A program made the translations under genes and the position numbers. A stretch of 63,853 bases of DNA, the filler included, from Octopus bimaculoides (Eukaryota), in assembly GCF_001194135.2 (NCBI RefSeq). It is 7 parts of 6 records of this genome, joined end to end, with 100 filler letters (N's around TTAATTAATTAA, not from the genome) between each part and the next. Parts side by side here need not be neighbours in the genome. Positions count along the whole stretch, not along the records: positions 1 to 15,248 come from NC_068982.1; 6 more parts are not named here. One strand, written 5' to 3'. Shown piece by piece: positions 1 to 12,898 of this stretch (its first letter is position 1; the number at the start of each line of letters is the position of its first letter). A model generated the notes under the pieces. It saw only the letters and a program-made list of their open reading frames with translations. It was not told the origin of the DNA and searched no databases.

Positions 1-23
1 CCCTGTGTGGCTCATAAAAGAAA

Positions 24-48
24 TCTATCTATCTATCTAACTATCTAT

Positions 49-118
<70 letters not shown>
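24..118. repeat. (CTAT)n microsatellite
   Basis: Near-perfect tetranucleotide array. Similar arrays at 2108-2171, 12685-12925 and 56990-57330. Confidence 0.95.
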
Positions 119-499
119 GAAATAGAGATAAAAACAGACAAGGAGAAAGTTTGAGAATGAATTGACAAGGAAAATGTTTATTCTGGGTGGGTGAGTGAGA
201 TAACAGAAAATTAAATGAAAATAATGAAAATTAATAAAAGCGAAGTAAACATTTATCATCTTTTAAGTTGGTATTTCTATATAATTCATTCTTTTGATTT
301 TTTCTGAAATCATTTACCTTTTCCAGTCTTGTGTTTTATGCTCCCATCTCTCTCCCACTTACTTTCCTCCTCACCCATTATTTGTTTTACTTTATAAATA
401 TTTAATTTTCATAACGATTTCACAATGAAACGTTTTCAAAACTAAAATAAAGCAGTCTTATTTATGTGATTGCTGCATCACTTCACTAGCATTTTTTGA

Positions 500-952
500 A
501 TATCTTCTACTCATCTCCGTCACACTCCGCCACAACAGCCGCCGCCGCCGCCGCCACTGTCGCTGTCGTCGCTGCCTCACCACCACCCTACCGCCGTCAC
601 AACTATCACCTTTGCCATCATTCACCAGCTTAACTCAACAAAGATCGCTCAATCTGCTAGAAATAACAGCCAAATACCCATCGTATCATATTTGATAACA
701 CAGTCTGGAATAAAAACGAGATGGTCACGGCAGGAATAACGTTGGTCATAGATTTGTTTCGTCAGAGCTCAGTTGGGTTTAAACAACATCATCTACAACA
801 ACAAGAAGCCATAACAACAATAAACTATATAACTGCCATTGGCGCCATCACCTTCATGGCCATCGACATGGCCATCGACATGGCCATCACAAATCTCATC
901 ATTATCCTCACCCTGTTATTACTACCACAACCAGCACCAGCACCAGCACCAA

Positions 953-984
<32 letters not shown>

Positions 985-1480
985 CCACCACCACCACCAT
1001 TACTACCCCCATCACCACTATCACCACAACTACCATCGCTACCACCGCCGACGTCATCCCTGTTTTCATCCCCCCCCCGCCTAACTAATTCTCACCCACC
1101 ACCTTCATCATCATCCCTTTTACAACCATCATCTTGCTTGCACAACCCCCTCCATCACCCTCTTCCCATCTCCATAACTTTCATCACTGCCATCACTCTA
1201 ATATTGCCGACATCCCACCCCTACCAATCATTCCACTATTAACACCACCACCGCAATTTTCATCATACCCTCCCGTTTGAAAACTCCCCGCAATCACCAC
1301 CCACATCACCACCATAAATCACTACCACCTCCCACCATCTCTGCTGATGTCCTCACCTCTCTACTACCACCAACTCCAACACTACTATTACTTCCCCCTA
1401 CTATCACCATCACCTCCATAAATACCATCAACATCCCACTATCACCGCCATTTAACTTGGTTTGCTTTTTCAATATTCAA
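500..1480. repeat. CAC/CAT/CAG-rich trinucleotide low-complexity tract
   Basis: Degenerate (CAC)n/(CAG)n/(AAC)n runs. Overlapping ORFs translate to poly-P/H/Q/T with no domain. Confidence 0.85.
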
Positions 1481-2002
1481 AACTATCGTTCTTCACAGTT
1501 CGCCATATATACTTAAACAGATTATTTTTCTTTTGCCGCTTTCATTGGTCCCCTTTCATCTTGTTCATTTTTAGACAATCTTCCCTTGCACAAAGCTATC
1601 ATTTTCTCTTTACTCGTCACTTCAGTTCTGGCAGACGACATCAGCAGAGCAAACATCCAGAAGTGTTTGTTAATATCCTTTCGCAACATCGTTTTCATCG
1701 TCTTCCTAACTATTAACGCATAATCGGAGTTTTAAGTTGGAGAGGAATTACAGAGAAGAAAGAAAAGAAAGAGATACAGATATAGAAAGACAAACAGAGA
1801 AAGCGGGGAGAGACGGAAAAAGAGGGGGCAAAGATGCAAAAAGAAATTGAGAGATAGTGTGATAGAGAAAATTATGGGTTGTACTCTTGCGATGTTTCAT
1901 TTATTGGCCTTACATTAAACAATCGCCTTCGATCATAGGGTTTGGGGTGTTCTGGAGGCATAACCTGCCATTAGGAAAGAAGAAGAAAAAATGGGAGCGT
2001 GC

Positions 2003-2066
<64 letters not shown>

Positions 2067-2107
2067 GCAATGTCAGTAAGGTGGTAATAAATCAGTGGTA
2101 GTGATTA

Positions 2108-2171
<64 letters not shown>

Positions 2172-2432
2172 CATCAAACAATTAGCAGTGAGGGAAAGAA
2201 GGAAGGAAAAAAAGAGAGAAGGAGAGAGAAAGTGAAAGGCGTTCTATTAATGGAGGCGGCTCATTTGTGGACTCCAATTGTTAGTCTAAAGTAAATAGAA
2301 GGATTCTAAGGTTATCATGTCTGCTTGAGGTTTTCATCAAGAAAAGTACGAAACTCAAAGGCTTTCCGTTAAAAAATCTATGTCAATAATGTTACACGCT
2401 ATCACAGATGTATTTTCTATGTATTTGTTTTA

Positions 2433-2491
<59 letters not shown>

Positions 2492-3958
2492 NNNNNNNNN
2501 NNNNNNNNNNNNNNNNNNNNNNNNNNNNNNNNNNNNNNNNNNNNNNNNNNNNNNNNNNNNNNNNNNNNNNNNNNNNNNNNNNNNNNNNNNNNNNNNNNNN
2601 NNNNNNNNNNNNNNNNNNNNNNNNNNNNNNNNNNNNNNNNNNNNNNNNNNNNNNNNNNNNNNNNNNNNNNNNNNNNNNNNNNNNNNNNNNNNNNNNNNNN
2701 NNNNNNNNNNNNNNNNNNNNNNNNNNNNNNNNNNNNNNNNNNNNNNNNATATATATATATATATATATAAATTTAAAATGCAGAGCATCCTCAGCTGCAC
2801 AAAGACATAGAATTTAATTGAATTAAAACAGATGGACCTATTAGTATAATTACACCTAAAATCTCTAAGAAGTTAAGATAGACAAAGAACATGTTGCCTC
2901 TACTATAACATAGAAATTAATAAATTGTCAAGAAGACTCTGCCTGTCACTGATTTTATTTGTTTTTATGGGGTCAGTTTTAATTTATAGACTAGTTTATC
3001 AAACCTTGTATATCTAAGGCTGAGAGATTAAAGGGCATTATCTGATAGGGGTAGGGCTGAGAGAGCAGACAGAAATCATAGTTGGTATAGTCATAAAAAT
3101 CATGAGATTTGGTAAAGGAAAACTTAAAACAAGATGTTGGCTGACAACTAAGGGGGTCGCCCACTAGCAGACCATTGATAATGAAACAGGAGAAGTCTTA
3201 TCATATAGTACTATAGTTAAATGTTTTAAACAATATTGCTATATTGTATACAGATAAAGTTTATGGTTATTCAGAGGGTTATTAAGAAGAATATATTAAC
3301 AAAAGGATAGAAATTTATGGATACTTTTGAGTATATACCAAACATTTACCACAATAGATGGAGGAAAAGAAATTATTCAGAAATAGTTTAATATTTATAC
3401 ATATTGTACACTTAAATACTAACTCATCAGATGGTATCTGTGAAAATTGATTAATTGGTATATACTGGTATTAATAAAGAAGTATTGAGGTAAAAGAACA
3501 TTCTAATTATATATTAATAAAATTATAATCTGAGCAGTTTAAAAAAAATATGTAATGAATATACCAGTATAGTTTTATATAAGCTAAGTATGAATTTATA
3601 GAGATACAAAGATTAGCTTAATTTTATGAATAAATAAAGGCTAATTATAAATTAATAAAGAAATGAAATAAAATAATCAATTAGGGCAGAATACCATAGA
3701 AATAAAATAGCTTAATTACTAATGCTATGGTAAAGTATATTTAGCTTATTAACACCAATAGAGAAGATTTATGAAAATGAAGATTGTGCATAGTAGTTGA
3801 TTGCGACATAAGATCATTTAAGTTTTGAACTTACGTCATTACATATATAATTGTATATGTGTGTATATATATATATATTTTCAAAATGTAACTACATGTG
3901 GATCGTTGGCGATTTTTTACTCCGTCTTCCTTTTCTCTTGGACTTTCCTCTGTCGCCT

Positions 3959-3993
3959 GTTTCTGAAGAAGAGCTTTGCTCGAAACATAAAAC
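3959..3993 (+). ncRNA. Minimal type I hammerhead ribozyme motif (degenerate stem III)
   Basis: GTTT-CTGAAGA-A-GAGC TTT GCTC-GAAA-CAT-A-AAAC. Stem I GTTT/AAAC, perfect stem II, stem III ACAT (probably ACGT after CpG decay). Confidence 0.65.
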
Positions 3994-4119
3994 TACCTTT
4001 CTTTCCTTCCCTGAACGTCTGCTAATACTTTGCACGTACCACGTCCTCGCGTTGTTTTTTCTTGTGATTTTTCTTCGTTTTTGTTTGTATTTACTATATT
4101 TACTATATATATATATATA

Positions 4120-4150
<31 letters not shown>

Positions 4151-4992
4151 TGTATGTATGTATGTATGTATNNNNNNNNNNNNNNNNNNNNNNNNNNNNN
4201 NNNNNNNNNNNNNNNNNNNNNNNNNNNNNNNNNNNNNNNNNNNNNNNNNNNNNNNNNNNNNNNNNNNNNNNNNNNNNNNNNNNNNNNNNNNNNNNNNNNN
4301 NNNNNNNNNNNNNNNNNNNNNNNNNNNNNNNNNNNNNNNNNNNNNNNNNNNNNNNNNNNNNNNNNNNNNNNNNNNNTATATAATATAGCATAATACAATA
4401 CGATATAATACAATATAATACCAGTGTTTCATTAGAGCATTGTCGGTCAATTGTTTCAAACAAATTCTGTTAAAAAACTGCGTGACATTTGACAAGCGAG
4501 CAATACACGTATCTATATGGTAAGTGTATGCAGTCACGCATGTACATACACGATAGCCAATATATTCCTTATAAACACCTTCCACACACATATATATATA
4601 CATCTCTGATACATACATGCTAGTATGCATACATAGATATATACATACATACATGCATACGTATGGGCGCGTGTGCAAGCGTGCATTGTACGTGCGCGTG
4701 TGTATTCGGAAGAGCTTTAAGATTGCAGTTATAATGCATATTTCCATTGTAAAAATCAATTATCTTATGTATTTATGTGCTTTTACCCATGTAACTCTAC
4801 GTATACACGAAAGGTAAATATATACATTTTTCTCTTTGCATTGAAAATGTAGCAAAACATATTCGCATAAACACTCTCTCTTTTGAATGTATGCACGCAC
4901 GTATATACATAGATGCCTATAAACATAGATACGCATATAACTGTATATGTAGGTACACAATGCATACATATCAATGTATATATATGTGCAAG

Positions 4993-5035
<43 letters not shown>

Positions 5036-5840
5036 TACACACACACACACGCACACACACACATATATATATATGTGCGTATATATGCATATATGTATAC
5101 AAAATATTTAAATATATATACATACATATTAATGTGTTTTATATATATATATATATATATANNNNNNNNNNNNNNNNNNNNNNNNNNNNNNNNNNNNNNN
5201 NNNNNNNNNNNNNNNNNNNNNNNNNNNNNNNNNNNNNNNNNNNNNNNNNNNNNNNNNNNNNNNNNNNNNNNNNNNNNNNNNNNNNNNNNNNNNNNNNNNN
5301 NNNNNNNNNNNNNNNNNNNNNNNNNNNNNNNNNNNNNNNNNNNNNNNNNNNNNNNNNNNNNNNNNNNNNNNNNNNNNNNNNNNNNNNNNNNNNNNNNNNN
5401 NNNNNNNNNNNNNNNNNNNNNNNNNNNNNNNNNNNNNNNNNNNNNNNNNNNNNNNNNNNNNNNNNNNNNNNNNNNNNNNNNNNNNNNNNNNNNNNNNNNN
5501 NNNNNNNNNNNNNNNNNNNNNNNNNNNNNNNNNNNNNNNNNNNNNNNNNNNNNNNNNNNNNNNNNNNNNNNNNNNNNNNNNNNNNNNNNNNNNNNNNNNN
5601 NNNNNNNNNNNNNNNNNNNNNNNNNNNNNNNNNNNNNNNNNNNNNNNNNNNNNNNNNNNNNNNNNNNNNNNNNNNNNNNNNNNNNNNNNNNNNNNNNNNN
5701 NNNNNNNNNNNNNNNNNNNNNNNNNNNNNNNNNNNNNNNNNNNNNNNNNNNNNNNNNNNNNNNNNNNNNNNNNNNNNNNNNNNNNNNNNNNNNNNNNNNN
5801 NNNNNNNNNNNNNNNNNNNNNNNNNNNNNNNNNNNNNNNN

Positions 5841-5896
<56 letters not shown>

Positions 5897-6278
5897 GATC
5901 ATAATTGTTTTTGTATTTCTGAAACGTGAATATTTCTAAATTATTGCATGAGGACTACATAATAATAATAACTAATAGTTTTGTTATCTTGCTTTGCAAA
6001 TGTTTTTTTTTTTTAAATTGAGAATTATTGATGATGATGGTGGTGGTGGTTGTGGTGGTGGTGGTGGTGGTGGCAATGATGATAACAACAAGACTGAAGA
6101 GAATACAACATTTAATAATGCTCCAATATCGGACAGCCATTGTAGTCAGCTTGTTTCGTGTAGTGACGTCATCAGGTGGAAGCAATTGTCTTTTGTTCGG
6201 CGACATCAACCGCAACTTTGTATAAACAGCAGTTGATTTAAGTTGATTTAACAAAGCTGTGTGTGTGAGCGTGTGTGT

Positions 6279-6320
<42 letters not shown>

Positions 6321-6756
6321 GCACACACGCACACACACATACATCCATACATACATACATACATATGACTCTATCTCATATCTTATTTTTTTCAGTTAAT
6401 GTTTGATGGTCTTAGTCATTGTTTAAACATTATTAATGATATATANNNNNNNNNNNNNNNNNNNNNNNNNNNNNNNNNNNNNNNNNNNNNNNNNNNNNNN
6501 NNNNNNNNNNNNNNNNNNNNNNNNNNNNNNNNNNNNNNNNNNNNNNNNNNNNNNNNNNNNNNNNNNNNNNNNNNNNNNNNNNNNNNNNNNNNNNNNNNNN
6601 NNNNNNNNNNNNNNNNNNNNNNNNNNNNNNNNNNNNNNNNNNNNNNNNNNNNNNNNNNNNNNNNNNNNNNNNNNNNNNNNNNNNNNNNNNNNNNNNNNNN
6701 NNNNNNNNNNNNNNNNNNNNNNNNNNNNNNNNNNNNNNGGGCAATAAAGAAATAAA

Positions 6757-6943
6757 AATCGTTTGCACGCCAGGCAAAATGTTCAGCGGCATTTCGTCCG
6801 GCTTTACGTTCTAAGTTCACATTCTGCCGAAGTCGACTTTGCATTTTCGAGGTCTTTAAGTAAGTACTAGCTGAACAGTATGGTCGATGCAATCAATTCC
6901 CTCACCTGAAATTATTGGTCTTGTGTCAAAATTTGAAAGCAAT
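6757..6943 (+). mobile_element. tRNA-derived SINE, family A (Deu/Nin-like core), degenerate
   Basis: Similar to the other family A copies (gcacgccaggcaaaatgttcagcggcatttcgtc...gtcgactttgc...tcaaaatttgaaa). Confidence 0.75.
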
Positions 6944-6959
6944 AATATATAAGATTAAA

Positions 6960-7116
6960 GCGGCGAACTGGCAGAATCGTTACTGCGTTGGACAAAATTC
7001 TTAGCGGCATTTCGTCCGACTTAATGTTCTGAGTTCAAATGCTGCCGGGATCAACTTTGCCTTTCATCCTTTTGGGGTCGATAAAATAAGTACCAGTTGT
7101 GCACTGGAGTCGGTTT
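6960..7116 (+). mobile_element. tRNA-derived SINE, family A
   Basis: Head gcggcgaactggcagaatcgtta, B-box-like gagttcaaat, core ctttgcctttcatccttttggggtcgataaaataagtaccag. Confidence 0.85.
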
Positions 7117-7406
7117 AATTTGAACCAATAATAAACCAGTAGTATATAAGTTCTCATTTATGTCTAATCCCTTCCAACATATTCTGAGAAAATTGTGTAA
7201 TCACAACATGTACCTTTTTTGTTTGTGAACCCCCCTCCCGACCCCATACCCCCTAAAAACAACAACAACAACTACAACATTTTAATGCCATTAAAGAAAA
7301 CTAATCAGCAATAAAACATTTCGAAGTCACAGTCAGTCATATATTTATGCCTCATATTCTGCCTATGTCTTTTTCTTTCTTTCTTTGTGTGTGCGTACAT
7401 ACGCAT

Positions 7407-7437
<31 letters not shown>

Positions 7438-8038
7438 CACACACATACACATAGAATTATATATATGTGTATATATATATGTGTATATATATATAAGTAT
7501 ATATATGTTGAATGAAATGAGACAATAAAGCCAAGGAAGTGTGAAATTTCTGGGACATTTTTAAAGAGAGAGGTAGTCTTACAACTGTTTGAGGGATATG
7601 AAGGTTATCCCATTATCAGCATATGTGTGTGCATGTCTATGTACATACGGTATGTATGTATGTATATATGTATGTATGTATGTATGTATCTATCTATCTA
7701 TCTTATAGGTACAGGCGTCGCTGTGTGGTTAGAAGCCGACCATGTCTTTTCTGTAGGTGTTGATCTATGACACTATAAACGGTACATCAGCAGAGTCTCT
7801 TGCTCATCGCTCATGATCTCTCCTATTCCTCCAGGCTTACTAAGCAGAAAAAAGCAAAAGGAAACCAATTGTGTGTGGTGGTTTATTATCCATATTTCTT
7901 TTATAGTATCCCAGCCAACGTGAGCCACTTTTCAGAAATTTGCGTCAACTAGTACTCTTACGTTATATTTTTATGAAAATTATTAAAGCAGTCGAGAATT
8001 AAAAAAAAAAATTATTACGAAAATTCTTTGGACCATAA

Positions 8039-8266
8039 CCCTTTGCCTGTCCAAAGCATTTATATAAACTTATCCTAAACGCCCATGCTTGTTTTTAGAC
8101 TTTTAATAGTCCCTTGCTTCGTACATTCTGAGTAATATAAAGCTTTCATAAGTTCCATGTTATTCCTTTGGTTGAAAAAAATTGGTAATGTGTATCATAT
8201 ATGATGTATGGACACCAGGGAAATATGCCTTGTGTATCACATGGGACACACAGAACAAGCAAAGGG
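8039..8266 (-). mobile_element. piggyBac-type MITE, copy 1
   Basis: Ends ccctttgcctgtccaaagc and gcaaaggg, flanked by ATAA/TTAA. Its reverse complement aligns with 8510-8683. Confidence 0.7.
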
Positions 8267-8509
8267 TTAACACATAATCAGTTATGTTTATCCTTACTGA
8301 TAACGCAATATCCTATTCGTATTTTACTTTCAACGAAAATCTTTTGAAAATGTATTTAAAATGCATTGTATCTAGTTTAAACATATTTCTAAGGAAAACC
8401 ACGATCTCTCTAAGCATTTGTGCCCTGTCTCAAAGCAACCTTCTTGACATTTGCTGCTTTATTGTGAGCTTACATCCATCGCCAAGAGGGCGCTACAACC
8501 AAGGTCAAC

Positions 8510-8683
8510 CCTTTGCCTGTCCTGTGTATGATACACATACCCAGTTTTTTTCAACTACCAGAGTACCTTGGGACTTATGAAAAGAAAGCGTGATATTATT
8601 CGGAACAAAATCTTACAAAAAGTCTGAAAGTAAGTACGAACGTTTAGGACAAACTTATGAAAATGCTTTGGACAGGCAAAGAG
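8510..8683 (+). mobile_element. piggyBac-type MITE, copy 2 (inverted relative to copy 1)
   Basis: Starts ccctttgcctgtcc, ends aaatgctttggacaggcaaagag followed by TTAA (8684-8687). Confidence 0.7.
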
Positions 8684-8975
8684 TTAAGGACCACTAACCA
8701 TGGATCCATGTTCGATGTTTATCTGTGTATCCAGTCTTAGATATCCAGTATTTCTAATTTCTCTTCTTGGGAACGTAATCTCAGGTATTATTTATGTTGT
8801 TCCTCTCAATCCAGTGTCTAAATCTGATCCAGAGGTCAGCTGGAAATCTTCTGACATATATCTCATCTCTTCTGATATCTTTTCCTTTCATTCACTTAGT
8901 ATTCAGACACATTTCATGGTGTTTCATCTACGTTTCCCGTTATTCCTCCGTCCCTAGCAAAAACTCTCATAATTA

Positions 8976-9170
8976 TCGTCGTCGTCGTCGTCGTCGTCGT
9001 CCTCCTCCTCCTCCTCCTCCTCCTTCTTCTTCTTCTTCTTCTTCTTCTTCTTCTTCTTCTTCTTCTTCTTCTTCTTCTTCTTCTTCTTCTTCTTCTTCTT
9101 CTTCTTCTTCTTCTTCTTCTTCTTCTTCTTCTTCTTCTTCTTCTTCTTCTTCTTCTTCTTCTTCTTCTTC
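8976..9170. repeat. Compound (TCG)n-(CCT)n-(TCT)n microsatellite
   Basis: Directly visible. Produces the poly-K and poly-S ORFs in the track. Confidence 0.95.
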
Positions 9171-10410
9171 AAACCCTTACCTTTTCCGCATTCAATATAT
9201 TTGCCAATGTGACCACATTTTGAAGTGTCCTAAGAATTCTAATATTTTCTTTGCTGACAAGATTTTCACCAATTATCTTTGTCCACTTACTCAATATGGA
9301 ACATGTCCCTTGGGGGCGGAGTTTCGGTTCAGGGATCAACGATTAGCGTTCAATGATCTGTAATAATTGTCATTACAGATACATTTAGACGCTTGATGAC
9401 TGAAAATAGAACAAAAAAATAAAAATAAAAGAAAGCTCTCTGCCGTTCTAGAAAGTTAGATTCTATCCATGGATACCTTTTAATTTTCTCAATAATAATT
9501 TACAAAACCAAAGCAAAAAATATCGCACATACACGTTCACACACGCTTATTTTCTCTCCCTTTTTCTCACAGATGCATGCGCACACAGTACACAAAATTT
9601 TATTTGTGTTTATTACAAAATAAAGCATTTCAAAGAGTTATAAAAACGTGCACACACACATACAAACAGACGCATACATACAGACAGACAGACAGACACA
9701 CACACACAATTACGCACGCACGCGCGCGCACCTAGCTTGCATACAATTAGGTTGAATCAAATTTCATTCGCAAGAATACCAGATTACAAAGAAAAAAAAA
9801 ACACCAAACAAACCCCCAAACACCTGTCCGAAGTGCCCTAGAGTGGGATCGATCTCGGAACTACAATGTTCAGAAACGAACCCGTTAATTCCGTAATTTA
9901 GTCTTTAAGAAGTATCGGTGGTTTTTCCCAAGCAAAAACCTACAAATCTTTTCAAGTCAATCAGTTATACACCGACAGAGTTTTTGTTATCAATGTTACT
10001 TTCCTACCCAGGGACCGGAGTTCANNNNNNNNNNNNNNNNNNNNNNNNNNNNNNNNNNNNNNNNNNNNNNNNNNNNNNNNNNNNNNNNNNNNNNNNNNNN
10101 NNNNNNNNNNNNNNNNNNNNNNNNNNNNNNNNNNNNNNNNNNNNNNNNNNNNNNNNNNNNNNNNNNNNNNNNNNNNNNNNNNNNNNNNNNNNNNNNNNNN
10201 NNNNNNNNNNNNNNNNNNNNNNNNNNNNNNNNNNNNNNNNNNNNNNNNNNNNNNNNNNNNNNNNNNNNNNNNNNNNNNNNNNNNNNNNNNNNNNNNNNNN
10301 NNNNNNNNNNNNNNNNNNNNNNNNNNNNNNNNNNNNNNNNNNNNNNNNNNNNNNNNNNNNNNNNNNNNNNNNNNNNNNNNNNNNNNNNNNNNNNNNNNNN
10401 NNNNNNNNNN

Positions 10411-11357
10411 CACTCTCAATTACCAACTTTGAAATTAGAAAGATCATTCATCATCACCTCTGCTTGGAGAGTGGAGGCGCAATGGCCCAGTGGTTAGGGC
10501 AGTGGACTCGCGGTCGTAGGATCGCGGTTTCGATTCCCGGACAGAGCGTTGTGAGTGTTTATTGAGCGAAAGCACCTAAAGTTCCACAAGGCTCCGGCAG
10601 GGGATGGTGGCGAACCCTGCTGTACTCTTTCACCACAACTTTCTCTCACTCTTTCTTCCTGTTTTTGTTGTAACTGTATTTCAAAGGGTCAGCTTTATCA
10701 CACTCTGTGTCACGCTGAATTTCCCCGAAAACTACGTTAAAGGTACACGTGTCTGTGGAGTGCTCAGTCATTTGCACGTTAATTTCACGAGCAGGCTGTT
10801 CCGTCGGAGTGCCAACCAACCTACTTGGAGAGCTTTCTTATGGTAAGCTGATAGCAGTCATAAAATCGTTGAAGAACAGAAAGGCATCTGGCTGGGACGA
10901 AATCCCATCTGAAATTTGGAAGACGGAAATTCTATGACATTCTTCGACTCTGCAATGCTATGTACCATATAGAGAAATGGAGTAAAGGATGCATCCTCTC
11001 GTTACCAAGAAGGAAGATTTCGACGTCACCAAATACTACGGGGTTGGGGCGGAATTACTTTCACCACCATATCTACCAAAGTTTACAATGCCATGTTACT
11101 CAACAGAATCAGATCGGAGACCGTAAAAAATTATTGAGGAAAAACCAGAATGGCTTTCAGAGAAATAGATCAACATTCACCCAGATTTTTACAGTCTGAA
11201 GAGTTATTCGAGGAGTTCGTGCGAGAAACCTGGAAGCATTCTTCCTAATTGTTGACTTTTATAGGGCGCTTGAATCGATACACAGAAGGAAAATGGAAGA
11301 AATACTTCTTGCAAACGGTATCCCAAAGGAAACAGTTAATACCATCATGATGTTGTA
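10411..11357 (+). mobile_element. RTE-clade LINE reverse-transcriptase fragment (pseudogene), interrupted by a SINE
   Basis: Frameshifted pieces read KSLKNRKASGWDEIPSEIWK, KLLRKNQNGFQRNRST, VDFYRALESIHRRKMEEILLANGIPKETVNTIMML, which are typical RTE RT motifs. Runs into an N-gap. Confidence 0.85.
10473..10823 (+). mobile_element. tRNA(Arg-like)-derived SINE, family B, nested in the RTE fragment
   Basis: A-box TGGCCCAGTGGTTAGGGC, B-box GGTTTCGATTCCC, 3' cggagtgccaac. TSD cttggagag at 10463-10471 and 10824-10832. Confidence 0.9.
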
Positions 11358-12155
11358 NNNNNNNNNNNNNNNNNNNNNNNNNNNNNNNNNNNNNNNNNNN
11401 NNNNNNNNNNNNNNNNNNNNNNNNNNNNNNNNNNNNNNNNNNNNNNNNNNNNNNNNNNNNNNNNNNNNNNNNNNNNNNNNNNNNNNNNNNNNNNNNNNNN
11501 NNNNNNNNNNNNNNNNNNNNNNNNNNNNNNNNNNNNNNNNNNNNNNNNNNNNNNNNNNNNNNNNNNNNNNNNNNNNNNNNNNNNNNNNNNNNNNNNNNNN
11601 NNNNNNNNNNNNNNNNNNNNNNNNNNNNNNNNNNNNNNNNNNNNNNNNNNNNNNNNNNNNNNNNNNNNNNNNNNNNNNNNNNNNNNNNNNNNNNNNNNNN
11701 NNNNNNNNNNNNNNNNNNNNNNNNNNNNNNNNNNNNNNNNNNNNNNNNNNNNNNNNNNNNNNNNNNNNNNNNNNNNNNNNNNNNNNNNNNNNNNNNNNNN
11801 NNNNNNNNNNNNNNNNNNNNNNNNNNNNNNNNNNNNNNNNNNNNNNNNNNNNNNNNNNNNNNNNNNNNNNNNNNNNNNNNNNNNNNNNNNNNNNNNNNNN
11901 NNNNNNNNNNNNNNNNNNNNNNNNNNNNNNNNNNNNNNNNNNNNNNNNNNNNNNNNNNNNNNNNNNNNNNNNNNNNNNNNNNNNNNNNNNNNNNNNNNNN
12001 NNNNNNNNNNNNNNNNNNNNNNNNNNNNNNNNNNNNNNNNNNNNNNNNNNNNNNNNNNNNNNNNNNNNNNNNNNNNNNNNNNNNNNNNNNNNNNNNNNNN
12101 NNNNNNNNNNNNNNNNNNNNNNNNNNNNNNNNNNNNNNNNNNNNNNNNNNNNNNN

Positions 12156-12191
<36 letters not shown>

Positions 12192-12682
12192 TGTGTGTGT
12201 GTGTGTGTGCATATAGATGCATATGCAAGCGAGCATAGACAAATGTGCACATACATACATACAAGTGTTTGTGTACCAAGATACGCGATTGTAGATATGT
12301 ATACACAGCTAGCGGCAGAATTTTGGAACATTATGAAAAAAAAAAGCAAGTAAGATAATTTGCAGAAGCAATAGCTTGTAGCATATTCATAAACAGTATC
12401 TAGAATATTTTAACATTTCATTCAAACAGACTAACGCTGAAAAGATCGATAAAAATATTATAGAAACCAGTAATATGAGATAGTGAACAATAAAAGATAA
12501 TGTTTTGTGGGTGTTCGTTTGCTAGTGTTTTTGCATAAACTTCGAATAGATAAACAGACACACGTCCACAAACTTTGCTAAAACAATAAATCTAGTAATG
12601 TAACTCATCACTCTCCAGCTATTACATCATTCGTATTGAGTCCTTCTATCGGAATTTTTGTCTTTGAGCCAAGAGTTTTCTT

Positions 12683-12763
<81 letters not shown>

Positions 12764-12823
12764 TCGTCGTGTCTGTCTGTGTATGTGACTGTCCGTCTAT
12801 CTGTTTGTCTGTCTGTTTAGATT

Positions 12824-12898
<75 letters not shown>

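Noticed and set aside
721-1516. Long Pro/His/Gln-rich ORFs
   Set aside because: Translations of trinucleotide low-complexity DNA, open in several frames, with no domain or splice support.
1524-1700. 58-aa minus-strand ORF (MKTMLRKDINKHFWMFALL...) with a hydrophobic stretch
   Set aside because: Short, no recognisable homology, and within chance expectation.
2770-3830. 1-kb A-rich unique stretch considered as NUMT, viral insert or alternative-code ORF
   Set aside because: Stops occur at about random frequency in the frames examined under standard and invertebrate mitochondrial codes. No rRNA or protein motif recognised.
8794-9172. Poly-Ser and poly-Lys ORFs
   Set aside because: Direct translation of the (TCT)n microsatellite.
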